A stretch of 64,000 nucleotides of DNA from Nageia nagi (lineage: Eukaryota > Plantae > Pinophyta): assembly GCA_050084985.1 (NCBI GenBank), contig JBITNC010000001.1, forward strand, positions 115,506,001-115,570,000. The letters are read 5' to 3'. Each line of letters begins with the position of its first letter. Position 1 is the first letter of the stretch. The notes below the pieces were generated by a model that worked only from the letters and a program-made list of their open reading frames with translations, did not search any database and was not told the origin of the DNA. Of this stretch, positions 36,156-50,336 are shown one piece after another. The translations under genes were made by a program, and so were the position numbers.

Positions 36156-37745
36156 TTTATAACTTTATATCTATAGCAAGTATATAATCAATTATTATAT
36201 TTAAGAGTTTTACATATTCTTTGAATTTTTTTTATAAGCGTAAATTTATGAAAGGGGATTATTTATACATGGCTTCCACAACTTGTCTTACATCTAGATT
36301 TTTAACATATGAATATTTGATACATATTCTAGTCAAAAAGGTGTCAAACATAATGGATTCTCACATCATATTAATCATCTTCCTCCTTCATATGATCTGC
36401 TACTTGTACAAATATATGTTCATTCAAATTTTGATGCTTTAGTACCTCTAGAGCTTTCTTGTGCACCTCAAAAGTGAACCAAAATATTGTTAACTCCATT
36501 TATGTGAAGCCCTCTTCTATGTGAATTGGGATAGCTTGAGGAATCTCTTCATGTCACATGGCTACGAAGACTTCAACTTATTTCCTTTCGATCATGAAAT
36601 CCTCATACTAGTGTTTCTAGATTTCGACCTTGAGTGTCTTGATGTTGTTGCATTCTTCTAAGTTACCCAAATCTATGATGTCAAAGAAGAATTTAAAGGG
36701 TTTTTTCTTGCCAGAGCTACTTCCCTTTGGTTGAGATGGTCCAAGTTCTATTTTAGCTACAACTACTAAAATTTCTAATGTTAGGATATTTTCTATCATG
36801 AGTAGAGGCTCCTAATCAATCTCTAAAGGTAGAGGATCCTTCTCCCTAGATGAAGGATTCTTTATAATATTCATAGGTAGAGGCTCCTCCATTCTAAATA
36901 AAGTCTCCTTAGCTATCTCCAAAAGAGAAATCTCCTCCATAAACTCTGATGGTGAACTTTCCTCCACTATCTCCTTGGGAAAAGTTTCCTCCATCAACTT
37001 CAAAGGCTTGTAGTTTGAATCTATTGATTTCAAGACATTCAAATCATTTGAAATATCAATTAGTTATGGTCAAAACTCATTTGATAGTTTTGTAGCCCTC
37101 CTTATGGGGGATGAGCTTTTAGATTTAACATTTTTTAGAGTGAAAGGTGAGAAGGGAGAATAGAGGTAATGCTACACTAGATAATAGTCATATGCTTGAG
37201 GCTTTAGAGGAACCATTTGTAGAGGAATAATTCATCATGCCCCTCCTTTAGAAATGAAAACCATAATTTTGATTAAGCCCTAATGGAGAAGCATTCTTCA
37301 CCCATTCCTATGAATATAAGAATCCATCAAATGATATAAGAAATATGGAAAATTTAACTATAACGTTCCTCTAAAAGGGGTCAATAAGGGGAAGTGGAAG
37401 CCAATACTATTTGAGTGTCTTCCTTCTAGAGTGAAGAGTTAAACCAAAGCCTTAGCATTTTCATTCCATGGGTATGGAATATCAGACACTACATAGGCAA
37501 ATACCCTTCTCTTTAGGACATGTTCACATGGATCAAGGAAGATTTGTACCTCCTTGATCATTGACAAAATGTCCTGATAGTGTCTGACCCAAAATTGGAC
37601 ATCCTAATAGCCTACAAGATTAATTTCTTACTAATCCTAAAAATATGGCTATCAACTTACATCTAGCCTTCATACTAAAAAGCCCACAACTTGCCTAGAC
37701 CATTATGGATTATGTTCGTCTAGAGCCTCAACAAATCCTTTGATT

Positions 37746-38569
37746 TGTTGGAATGTATAATGCATTATTGTAAATAGATGTATTAAATATTTTATGTAAA
37801 TTCACTAATACTTAAAGGTATTATTTGATACCTTAAGTATTTTAGTGAATATAATAATGTAACTTATCCTACACTCCAAGTCATGAGCATGCCCCTTGGG
37901 TCAAAGGTTGCATGTCATGCTTAGGTCATCCAAGGAGAAATTTTGGCCTATAAATAGAAGGCTTCCCCTTTGTAATAAAACACAAATTTGAGGATTAAAT
38001 ATATGATCTATGATAGAAGTATAGGAGTTAAGATTAGGAGAATTGTAAGAGAGTTGTATTTGTGAGTGAAGTAAAGATCTAATTAGTGGATGTACTCCTA
38101 GTTGGAGGAATCACTTTATATCTTATGTTGTGAGATTACTTTGTGTATTATTGGATGTAATTGTGATCTTTCATGTGATCTTGGTAGTTTAGAAATTATA
38201 TTATTAATATTAGTTCCTACAAATTGGTATCAGAGCATACTTGGAGGCTCATCTTCATATCCTTGGTGTGGAAGCTATCTTGTGGGATCTCCTCCAAACT
38301 TCAACTTGGAAATGAGGTAATTCACCTCAAATTAAGGTATATCTATACTCTTATTTTCTTTCAAATTGTATGTGAAATTTAAATAGTTAGTCCATTTCAA
38401 TTACTTATTTTTTTAGTTGACACTTGATGTTTATATTCACATTTAAGCATAATGGGCTAAACTTTAAGGTAAAATCATTACCTTAGGGACATGTTAGTCA
38501 TATTGCTTATTATAAAGTTATATTCTTATGATTTTGAGACTAACATTTTATAAAATTAATAATTTTCTT
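37746..38569 (+). mobile_element. Duplicated copia 5' LTR + PBS + about 330 bp of leader, truncated
   Basis: LTR 37746-38221; TGGTATCAGAGC at 38225-38236; flank TGATT is the reverse complement of TSD AATCA. Confidence 0.92.
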
Positions 38570-41500
38570 ACAATTTTTTTTTATGATAGGGTCCCAAACC
38601 TATACTTACAAATATAGATATTCAATACATAATCAATATGGTCCTATTGATAAGCATCTACTAATTTGTGGGATCTAGTTGCTAGAGTTATACAGATTTT
38701 CCTTCCTATAGTTACCTTTCACCATAGTCATTCATAATCTTACAGTGCTTCAAGTTATAAGCATGTATTTTTATATTTGAGACTCCAAAGATAATATTTG
38801 TGATTTCCAAATTCAAAATCTTTCATTAGTTTGTTTGTATGATTAATTTCTTTAATGGAATTATTATGAATTTCTCAAGTTATTATTTTTTCCAATTTTT
38901 TGTTTGATCCTTGCTTTGCTAAGGGTGAAGTTTGTGAATACTTTAGGGTATGCTTGTCCGATGTAGTCTACATTTTTAATTAACTTCCTTGAGTGGGATA
39001 ACGAGATTGAAATACATAATACTCAATTCCTAGCATTAGAGATTCTCTAGGTGTGTTTATCTCTACTATTCCAAAGATATACTCCTCGAGTCTGCATTAT
39101 TTATGGGTGTGCACTAATCAGGATCCTACTTGTTCCCAAACTTACCACATTATTGGGATTGTTTCATTTGAAATGGCATATGACTAGGGTGAGACTTAGA
39201 ATATTTTGGATCCATCATCCTTGATATATCCTTACCGCTCATATTTTCTTTATGTATCAATATTTTTATCAAGGGTTGATCCTTATCCATGTTACAATAT
39301 TTCTTCCTACATAAGGAAATGTCAAGAAAAGAGGATTAAGCTTTGAGGTATGCTTTCTTTAGTTGATCTAACTCTTTAAAAAAAAAATAACAAATAAAGT
39401 ATATTTCACTCTCTATAGTTTGAGTCCATTCTTACCATGATGATGAGATCCTAATAGTTTAGGACCAAGATCTTGAGGTCCTCATCTACACAACCATTTT
39501 AGCTTCACTCTTGTTATTCCATGAGTTTATATTATATTTAGTTTGCTCATCAAGGTATAGAAGGATACCAATAATATTACCAATTTAAAAAACCATTTTG
39601 GGGAAGCAAGACAATGATCGACTCACATTTCATGCAATCCTTGGTGAACTTCTCCATAGCATCATTGCTCAATCTTTATCCTCTAATTTCACAAACTAGA
39701 GTTATTTTCATATAGTCTATTCCATGGGAAAATTTTGAATTGGATAGGTGTACCACCAATAAAGGAACTAGGTTATCATCTTGTAACATTGTCTTCTTCC
39801 TTCGATCACTCCTATAGTGAACATAGAGGTTTATTCCTCCATTTGAAATGCATGTGTCCTCACTCTTATTTTGATTTGAATGCAAAGAATTAGATATCTA
39901 GCTCCTAGGGCTTGTGTTTTCTCTCGTAGAGTTTGCACAAAAATTTGTGCTTTCTTACATCTCCATATGTCCACTTTCTTATCTTCTCTTTTATTGATTA
40001 GTTATGGAAGGACTTAATATATGAAACAATTTAAGACTTAAAAATTATTAAAGAATATTAGTTTGAATTTGTAAATTATTATTCAATATTAGAAGATAAG
40101 GTTGATATTGTGAACATTCATATAAAAATTTAAAGGATTTTATTTATAATTTGTTTAAATGAAAGTGTATTATACTTTTATAAAAAAGGGGGTCTAAACC
40201 ATGTATGGGCATTAATGATTTAATTTAATCATTACACTATGGATTTTATTAAAACTCTTTTTTATTGAATATCCATTAATTTTAAAGTAGTCATAATACA
40301 ACATAAGCTTGAACAATCATGGACATTTAAAAAAAAAAATTTGAATCTTTGTGGAGGCAAAAAAATTATCAAGGAGATACTACAAAAATTTCCTTATAAT
40401 ACGAAATGTTATATCTTGTCGATTGTTGTTAATAATTTATTTACTAAATATCTTATAAATAATGACTACTACTAAATTCATAGAAATAATATTCATATTT
40501 TCCTTATTGTCATCTTATTAGAAAAAAGTATTATTTTCATTTGAAAAAATATAAATCAATTAGTTGACATCTATAAAATATTTTAACATATGCAAACATG
40601 ATTATATATTTAAGGAAAAGGAAATTTTCATTTCAAAAATAACATACAATTTTAATAAAATAAATATAGTTTAATAAAAAAAAATTATTGATTATCTAAA
40701 GGGCATATAATAGTGTACTTGAAGAAAAGTCTCTTTAAACCTTATAATGTAACATAGAGGATGACCAAAAATAAATTGCTTTACATTGTTGGTAGCACAC
40801 AACAACACTATGATTTAGGAAAATATAGAGAAAAGGGGATTCATTGAACATATTATATGTGTAATATGTAATCAAGAGGAATAAACTATAAAATATCACT
40901 AAAAAATGAAGCAACATAGTAAAATGAAGTGCTAGTTTATATAAGTAATCCAAAAAATATTTACCAACGCTTTTTGAAAATAATTTATCTCATAAAAGTT
41001 CACTAAAGGATGAAGCAACATAATCATTTTAAAGCAACTAGATATTACATATGGGATCCTATTTACTTTTAAATAAATGAAAGAGGATTAGAAGATTATT
41101 CATTGAAACCATTAGATGTCTAATGTGTAATAAAGATGAAGAAAATCTAAAACACCTCATGTTTTTAATCCACCTAAGCTAGAATAATCTATAATTAATG
41201 GCACTACATATTTAATTGAAAAGAATGGTTTCCTCTAGATGGCCAGAACATATAAGATTATTGGACTCATAGTATTTTCAAGTACAAATCAATGATAACA
41301 ACTTGGAAGTTCATATTAAGCTTTATTTGGTGACAATTATTGTTGAGACATAGTACGAAAGTATATTAGGGATTATGATAATAAGATTATTTGAGATCAT
41401 ACACACCAAAGTAAAAGAAGAGTGTCAAATGATAATGGAAGAATAAGATATTTAGGCACAACTTTGGAAACAATTGTAGAATAAAAAAAAAGAGGTATAT

Positions 41501-44500
41501 AAGGGAGCAATATACTCTAGTGAAAGCAACCCTTTATAGATAAAAATGAAGTACAAGTTAAAGAGCATGGAAATAAGAGATCATGGATAGATAAAAGCAA
41601 AAAAAAAAAGATATTTTGCATCTAGCTAAAAACAAGAAAGGTAAAAAATAGGAATGTCTAAACTAACCAATTTTTGAATAATTTTTTATCTTTTATTCAA
41701 AAAATATATATTCATTATTCACTTATTTGATGGTATAAATTATTATATCATCTTCTCCATAATTACATTTGAATATTATCTAGAGAATATTTGTTGGGAA
41801 TTTCAAGTTTGTAATAGAATAAGGTTGTAGTTTATATAATGAATCCATGAAAAAGTTAGCAAGGCTTTTGGAAAATAACTTATCTCATAAAAGGTCATTA
41901 AATGATTTAGCAACATAATCATTTTTAAAATAAATAGATATGACCTATGAGATCCTCTTTACTTTTTTTGGATGAAAAAGACTTTTTATATTACTAAAAA
42001 TGTTTTTATACAAAAAGGTTGGGTGGAGTTAAGCACACCCTATAGACTACCAAAACCATAAACTAACTACTAAGAGTTAGGAAATGATTACAAAACCCAC
42101 ACATGATAAGAAGCACGCTAAAAAATAATAGTGAGTACCAACAATTTCTCGAGGTTAATTACCACCAATAAAAAATACAATTTCCAAAGTGAACAACAAC
42201 ATAAAACAACTCATCCATCATGAGAAGATGGTGGGTGGAAGTTGTTAATAAATTGTATGTGTTCCCAACCTCCACCCTCATAAGGAGCCATATTCCATCC
42301 ATCATTACAATTACTTATGCTGGAAATGGTACATATATCAATATCACGAGCCTGTGGGGGTGAGGAATTTGAGATATCTCTCTGTACCATAATTAGGGAT
42401 GAAATTTTTGGTAGAACATCCCATCGGATCTGATAATGAGAGGTAGTATCCTCTCTAGATCAAATGCATTTGGGATTTGGTGAAGGTTGCAATTAGTTTT
42501 AAGGAAAGTTCACAAAAGTGACATTAACAAAAACACATCGTAATGGAGTAAGGGTACGACTACATGATTAATACTGATGAGCTCCATGAGATCATTCTAA
42601 ATGAGGAACAAATTCATCAGGAGGGACATAGCTAAGAGTGGAAGGAGCATTCACCTAATGGTCTAGTAACTTACGTAAGTGCGAAACCTCCACATGGACT
42701 CTCTCAACCTAAACTATAATCTACAACTAGCAATCATAGAAAATAGCATATTTATTAGCCAAAAAGAAGGTGGTCAAAGGTGCTTCTTAGCCAAAAATAA
42801 TATTATTTTATGTTTTCTTAATATAGTAGGGAATACTGGTTCTAAAACTATTCTATACTTGGTCTAAGGGCTTTGAAAATTAGAGATGAACCTTGAGAAT
42901 GCATGAATCCAAGAACAAGGAGACACTAAGAAATGATTATAAAAGGAAAGAATCTAGTCCCAAGCTTGCTTAGCCTTGGCACATGACTAAAAACATGGAG
43001 AAAGTCTTTAGAATCTTGATAATAAGGAAAAGTAGGATTAACCACCTCTAGATGTGTATGTCAATGCCCAATAGGAAGATCCTAATGCAGAATACTCCAA
43101 ATAAAGAAACTCTATTTTGGTTCAATATACTTAGCCTAGGAAATAGAAAGACACAGATACCACCGAGAGTGGGGGAAACAAGATCCCATCTAAGATTAAG
43201 CCTTTAACACATAGGGAAGTTGGGAGAAAGCCAAGACTCATAAGTAACCATGATGGGGCTTATGTTTAACAAAAGCCATATGCTTTGGCCAAAACCAATA
43301 CGACCATTACTACTTTATCATGTGCTTTAAGTTGGTAAATATACCAAAAAACCTCCCACAAATGCTAGTTTTTGGTATGAGAATTAAAAAAGTGAAGAAT
43401 GGATCCAATTCCCTTCCTATAAAATATCAAAGAAGAAACCCATTGAACTTGAGAAAGAAGCATCCCATCATAAGTAAAATCTTTATACCATCATACATTA
43501 AGTGAATCCACAGAAGCATCGATAGACTCGCTTTGAATATGCCAACTAAGTAAGGGTTTTTGGGGATTCCTAGGATTTCCAAATAATCTAAATTACAAAA
43601 GAACCTGGAATTATGATAGCAACAAGAATAATTAGGAGGGTATGAAAAAGAAAGCCCCTTATAGGATTTCTTACCAAGAAATGTAATAGCTAACCAAAAG
43701 CTTCCAAGCTTCATTTCCCTCCAAATCCCACATAATCCATTTTGCACATAAAGCAAACCATTGAAAATTGCAATAAAAAAGACCCATACCACTAGCTTCC
43801 TTGGAATACAAGAAGTTTCCCAAGACACTATGAATCCTTGCTTATGGACATTAGATGCCCATATGAAATCTCTTAATAACTTATGTAGCTTTTGATAGCA
43901 AGCTTTGGAAGGCACTCAATAGGAAAAGTAATACACATGTAGCTTTTGATAGCAAGCTTCTTGGTGGTCTAGTAACTCAACTTTTTCTCAACATTTTGGA
44001 CCACAAAATTCCATAGCTGAGAAGTGGAGGTCTAAAGAGGTAAAAGGAATTCCAAGGAATTTAAACATTTCTCCATCCTGAATCCCTTTCTAGGGTAATT
44101 GATCAACTCAATTATGGATGGGATGTAGGGATTGCTAATAGAATTAGATTTCTTACCATTGAATGGTAGAACTAGAAGAAAGAAAAAAGGTATCCAAATA
44201 TTTCAAGGTAGATCTAATAGATTGTTCATCCTTATGAAAGTGAGAAATGAGTCATCAACAAAATTATCATTCAAGAGTTGAGCCTAAGAATTGGTAAGGG
44301 AGATGCCTTGAATAAGATATTGAGAAACATGATGGGATAAAAGGTAGATAAAAGCTTCTACAGCTAGTATAAATAACAAGGGAGTAAGAGAAAAACCTTG
44401 GTGAACAAAGCATGCAAGAGAGATACTTTCAAATTAGGAACCATTCATTATGACCACAGCAAAAGGATCCCTAAAGAGCATTCTAACAAAAGAAATAAAG

Positions 44501-47500
44501 GAAGGGCCAAAGCCAAGAGTTGTAAGTATAAATGTAATAAAATACCATTCAATATGATCATGGGCCTTTACAAAGTCAATCTTATTAAGCAAAGCCTCTT
44601 GGTCTGAAGAACAAGCCCATTCCATGCATTCTCAAATAACAATGATATTGTTTAAAATATAATAACCTTTAACAAATCCTTTTTGCTTAGGCTACAAAAT
44701 CTAAGGTAGAAGGGGTCGAAGCTTAAGGGTTAAAGCCTTAGCAATATTTTTGTAACTAGCATTCAACAAAGTAATTAGGTACTAATTAGTAATGCATTTC
44801 AGATAATCAAGCTTGGGAATAAACTTGGTATTGCTCTTATTAAGCATAGGGCCAAAAGAACCCATGGAGAGAGCTTCTTTGTACACCTGAAAAAAGGTTT
44901 GGCCCTTACATGTCCCAAAATTCTTTGTAAAATTCATAGGGAAAACCACCAATACTAGGGTTCTTATCATTAGCCATATGAGATAGAGTATTCTTTAGAT
45001 CCTCTAAAGTAAGGGATGTATCACAAAATTCCCTATGATCTTGTGATAGCTTATGATGTACAACACAACATTCCTTTAGAACTTGGTGATGAATTGGACA
45101 GAGAGGCTAGGAAGCAAAAACTTATGATAATGAGCACTACAAGTAGAGATGATCTCAAGAATAAAGGTGAGGTGAACACATCAGACTGAATAGCATTGAA
45201 TTAAGACAATGAATAAGAAGACAAAGGCATCTAAATAAGTCTTTAGAGACTTTATCCCCAACATTAAACCAATTAAGATAGGAAAAGAGTGGAGAATCTT
45301 TAGCCTCATAAAGGTCAACTTTCTAAATTTCATAGTGAAGGGTTACCACATAAGCTTGAGAATGGCTAGAAAAAGGATTATCTTCAAGGATCTAGGTGCC
45401 CCAAGCAAACTTAGCTTTGAGAATCTAATTGGATTTTCATCTTTGTTTAGTAAACTTAACCTCGAGGGTGCAAAGAACTTTACAAGTGTGGAGGATGGAA
45501 TTATTGCACCATTGAATCCAGCTAGAGGATCCAGTAGGTATTCAAATGAGGTTCCATATGTGTATAATATGAGCTCTCATAAATTGAGACTGATAGAAAG
45601 GAAGTATTGAAGTAAAATTTAGAGCTAAAAATATGGATAGGAATTGATAAAAGAAAATGGTAAAGAGAATAGGAGACATGATCAGATAGGGTGGTGTTAG
45701 GGACCATAGAGACATAAGGAAGGGCAAGTAAAGTCAGTGAAAGTGAAAAAGATTACTTTTAGAGAGCATAGCTCTGTCAATACTTTTAAGAACAAAAACA
45801 AATTTAGCTTGAAAAGTAGACCAGGTGAACCAATGTGATTTAAAATACCAAAAGGAGAGAAGATAGCATTAGAATTAAACAAACTAAGCTTATTTCAAAA
45901 AAAAAACTAATCCTCTCTTTCCTCCAAATTTCATCTCATGGAGTTTTAACTTTTCTTATCAAAGTGCTTTTCCACCATATTAAAATCATTATAGAGGACC
46001 CACATGGGAAAGGAAAGAGAGATAGAAAGCCAACGACATAAATTCTTCTTTCATGAGCAACATTAGAAGCATAAATATTGATAATACCAAATGGCTTCCC
46101 TAAGATTTCAAGCAAAACCCAAACAACTTGATGAGAAGGATCAATACCCTAAGAAACCATAATCGATTTCCACTTAGAAGAGATGAAAGTGATAGCCCCA
46201 CCTTTCCTAATTGAATGATTGGTATGAAAAAATGACCTCATGACCAAAGAAGGAATAAGTACATTACAGAATAAAATCAGTAATTTTAACTTCTTGTAAA
46301 AAAATAAAGTCAGGTGTTCCATAAGAGTGAATGATATCATCAAGCTCACCTTAGCCTTTGTACTTATAGAAAAGGGTGTATAAAACCTCTTACATTCCAT
46401 GAAAAAAATATCATGGAGAGGCTTCATGGGTGAGACGCTCCATGGCATCCTTGGAATCCTCCAAAACTTGTAGGGATTCAAAAGAGTTGCATGCACCTTT
46501 TTGGACTACCACCTGGTAGCACTTTTCTACATGATCGATGAAGCTTACTTCCCAAACTATCCTACATCCTATAAATAAGAAGAGGCATATCCATAATAGA
46601 TACAAACAAGGAGGTAGACTAAATAGAATTTAGCAAAGGATTTCAGCTAGTTGCTTGAGCAGGCAAGAAGGTTGAGTTGATAACTGAAATTTTGGGGTTC
46701 CCTTAAAATTTCAAGCAAAACCAACAACTGGATGAGAAACTTATCAAAAAATCAACAATCGATCTTCATTAGAAGAGATGAAAGTGATGATGATTGGTTA
46801 ACAAATGACCTTCATCCCTACCAAAGAAGGTGGTAAGTAATTACAGAATAAATTAGTATTTTACTCTTGAAAAACAACAGTCAGGTGTTCCAAACGATAG
46901 TGAGATAGATATCATCAAGTACTTAGACCATGTACCTTATGAATGTTAAACCCTTCATCCATAAATAAATATCATGAAGCTCATGGGAAGTCCATGCATC
47001 CTTAACCAACTCAAAAACTTGTAAAGGAATTCAAAAGTTGAGCAACTTGTATGGAATCCACCTGTACACTTTCTCACATGATGAATGAAGCTTACCCAAA
47101 TATCTACATCCTATTAAACATTAAGAATTGGAATAATGCCAAATAGAATACAAACTAAGAGCAGACCCAATAAAAACATTTTGGCATGCAATGGGTCAAA
47201 GAATCAAAAAAGGGAAAAACCTTTGGTAAGGTTTTGCACATTTTCAACTTTATCACCATAAACACTCCACATTTGACATACCCAAGTGCGTAGGAGGCTG
47301 TCATTAGGAATACGAGCAAGGAAATAACCCACAAGGGTGTATGACTCAAACCAATGGCAAGTATTATAAAATGCTTCTACAGGAATGATAACTTGAGGGA
47401 CATTAGCATGGCCTCATGCTCTACTTTTGGTAGAAACTTGCAGGGTGCTTGTAGTGTCATATTCCTCTCCAACTACTTCATGCAACAATCAAGCACCATT

Positions 47501-48665
47501 ACGAGAGGTGACAATACTTAAAGGATTGTGCACTGCCTAAGGCAGCATAAAGGCACAAACTGTTAGGATGGAATAATCCTGCAAAAAATCTAAGGATTAA
47601 TGCGGTATGATAAGGGAGATGGGAAAACCCTAACAAATTTGCATGCATGTAGAGGATAACTAGCTAGGCTCTACTTAGCTTCCTGGATAATTCTGATCCT
47701 CTATACTTTTGAATAATCAAAAGTTCAAAATAGTAAAATGAAAAAGGAGTAAACACACCAATATTTTTCAAGATAATGGTTTTCTCTTAAAACAAAAATA
47801 GTTAACTTGATTAGGATTGGATGGTTAACCTACGATTTAAATTTATGCTTTCAATTTTTAGAAGTTTAAGAAAATATCCTACTACATTTTCGAGTTGTCA
47901 TATTGGTTCTTTGAGGTTAGAATTTTATGAAATGTTTGAAGGAAGAAAAAGTACTTATGGTTGTAATACCTATAAAAATAGTTTGTGCAAAGGAGATACT
48001 AAAGTTTAGTTAGCTAATTTCATAAATCATTTTTATTTAACATTTATAAAATATTAAAATGAGTGGACCTTTTTCTCAAAACAATATGAAAAATAAGACT
48101 AACTTGTTTGAATTTTTTTGTATTATTATGCACATAAAGTTTAACAAAAAATTTAATAAAAAAAAATTCCAAAATAAAATAAATACACTTAAATTCACCA
48201 AAAGTTTACTGATAAGATTTAATATAATTTTAATTTTACTACAAAAATTAATTATATATATATATATATGAATGAGACTCGTAGTAATTGTACTATATCG
48301 TATTAAAATAAAATGATAAACTGCGATACTACTTCAAAAGCCGTCAATGATTGACAACAGGAAATGTTGGTCCCGCACAAACATTAACATCGTAAGGAAG
48401 ACCAGGGCGTGAAAGATAATGCGGATCACGCGGAAACATTAACCTCAATCACAAAGAAGAATAGGACATGGATTTCATATGGGGTGGACGCCAAGATGCT
48501 CTTAAACTTGTCCTTATAAGGAAGAATAGGACATGGTTTTCATATGGCGTGGACGCCAAGATGCTCTTAAACTTGTCCTTATAAGGAAAATACAAACCCA
48601 CTTCTCAACAATTTCGTGTTACAAGGGAATTCAAGGATCGAGTCTAATCCCTAACTTTCATGAAG
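38570..48665 (+). repeat. Segment B' (direct duplication, copy 2)
   Basis: Starts 44 bp inside the 3' end of the ORF1-only LINE; runs on into unique sequence after 48665. Confidence 0.95.
41967..47694 (-). mobile_element. Duplicated copy of the L1 LINE
   Basis: Same TSD GATCCTCT[T/A]TACTTTT at 41951-41966 and 47695-47710; RT motif KIDFVKAHDHIEW (44434-44625). Confidence 0.9.
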
Positions 48666-48730
48666 ACTAAGAGTCTACGGATTCGGCCCAAACTAAATGT
48701 AAAGGATACGTTGCCCTTTCTATTATTTTA
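48338..48730 (+). promoter_or_regulatory. Longer copy of paralogous promoter/leader P2, with no CDS behind it
   Basis: Similarity to 19141-19500 continues past 48665 (GGATTCGGCC ~ GGACTCAGCC; CCTTTCTATT); contains a 65-bp tandem duplication at 48456-48586. Confidence 0.6.
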
Positions 48731-50336
48731 TAGTTAATCACCTAAGCTACTCACTCAGTAATTATAGTTTCTTCTATAGGAAATCATTACGTGGAATAAT
48801 GTTTACGGGTGTCCATAACATTATCTCTTGGATTAAAGTTATCTAGGACTTGTCCTTTTTTTATTGGTAATAATTTTTGGTGAAAGTTAAATGGAACTTA
48901 CACTTCCTTATTGGAACCAAGATTTGGGTTCAAAGTCTTGTAATTTGAATTTTAGTGATTGAAAATTATGTTTGCATGAAGTTGGTTGAAGTTTGACGGG
49001 TACGTTCCTTCGTCCATATAAAATTTACAAACGTTTTCAGCTATATAATACTTTTCAATATATGGTTAAATATATTTCATACTTTTCATAATATAATTTT
49101 AAATATTGTTGTTCAAAAAATATGTTAAAAACTTATGTTAAATATCAATTTAAATTTAATGCATTTTATAATGGTTATTTTGACATAAAATACATACAGT
49201 TGTTTATGGAAAATGTTCAATGCATTCGTTCAATCTATTAAGACTTACTAACTTGATAACATAGTGTAGCTACTCTAAACATCAAAATCCACATGACATA
49301 TGAGGATCTACATAAGATAAAAATCAAGTATTGACAACGGGAAGATAATGTTCAATTCTTCATCTGAATGATTACTTTTATAGACACAAGATCCCTAAAT
49401 GCAAAGGATACAGATGTAGGAATACTATAATTATTATATACAAAAGATTTTAAAAACCAACTATAAGTTATTATTTTGAAATAAAAGGAGACTTAAATAA
49501 ATGCCATCTCTTTGCAACATCGAATATTCAAATAGATCATATACTTTAAATGAAAAAACTAGCTCTTAAGAAATCCTTTTAATTGCTAATTTGGTGATAA
49601 TGCTTTCTTCTATTCTATCACAAATTTGAAAGTGAAAATAAAGAAAAAAACATACTTTTTAGAGGATAAACTAGGTTTTGGGTAGCATGCTTCGATGATC
49701 ATGTCTGCACTTCTACAAATGTCATTACAATTTCTACAAAAGTGCATTACAAGATTTATCCTAATCGATTAAGAGTTTTTGCATACTTCTTATGCTTTTT
49801 GGTAAATATTCTCTAAATGCTATTTAGATACCACTTATCTATCATAAACATGGGAAGTGTCCTAACCCTTCAATGAAAAAAAAACAAAATTAAAAAAAAG
49901 CAAGCTCAATAAAAGAAATGAAATAACCCGTTGTTTTGAAGCTCTCCAAAAAATATTGGAAGCGCCCCATAGTCACTGCTAGTTCCATTATTGAACCATC
50001 AAATCCCTGTATTAATATGCATTGGATATTTGAAGGTGTGACAGGTGGAAATCTTGAAATTTAAATTTAATTTTGGTCACCTCATATTGAAATATATATC
50101 CCTACCCTTCCATCCATATATATATATAATTTTTATAGTTTTTTGAAAAATATAAATGTATTTTTCATGACTTTTTTGAAATGTTAAAAATGTTCAATAT
50201 GGGCATCAAATTCCAACCTTGGTCTTACATATTTCTTATGTTAAAATAATTTAATAGTTATCGCACATCTAATTTACATAGAATTACCTTCATTCTACTC
50301 ACAATAACACACCAAAATATTTTATTTATTCTTTCA

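Larger units (their letters stand above)
33416..38569 (-). repeat. Inverted duplicate A' of 14548-19712
   Basis: Contains, in reverse order, the leader intron, promoter, TRIM, copia 5' LTR and PBS. Confidence 0.95.

Noticed and set aside
37746-38221. Independent solo LTR or new insertion
   Set aside because: Shares the flank and TSD half of the 5' LTR at 14898-15373 and keeps the PBS, so it is part of inverted duplicate A'.
41967-47694. Second independent L1 insertion suggesting target-site preference
   Set aside because: Same TSD and flanks as 26698-32472; copied with segment B.
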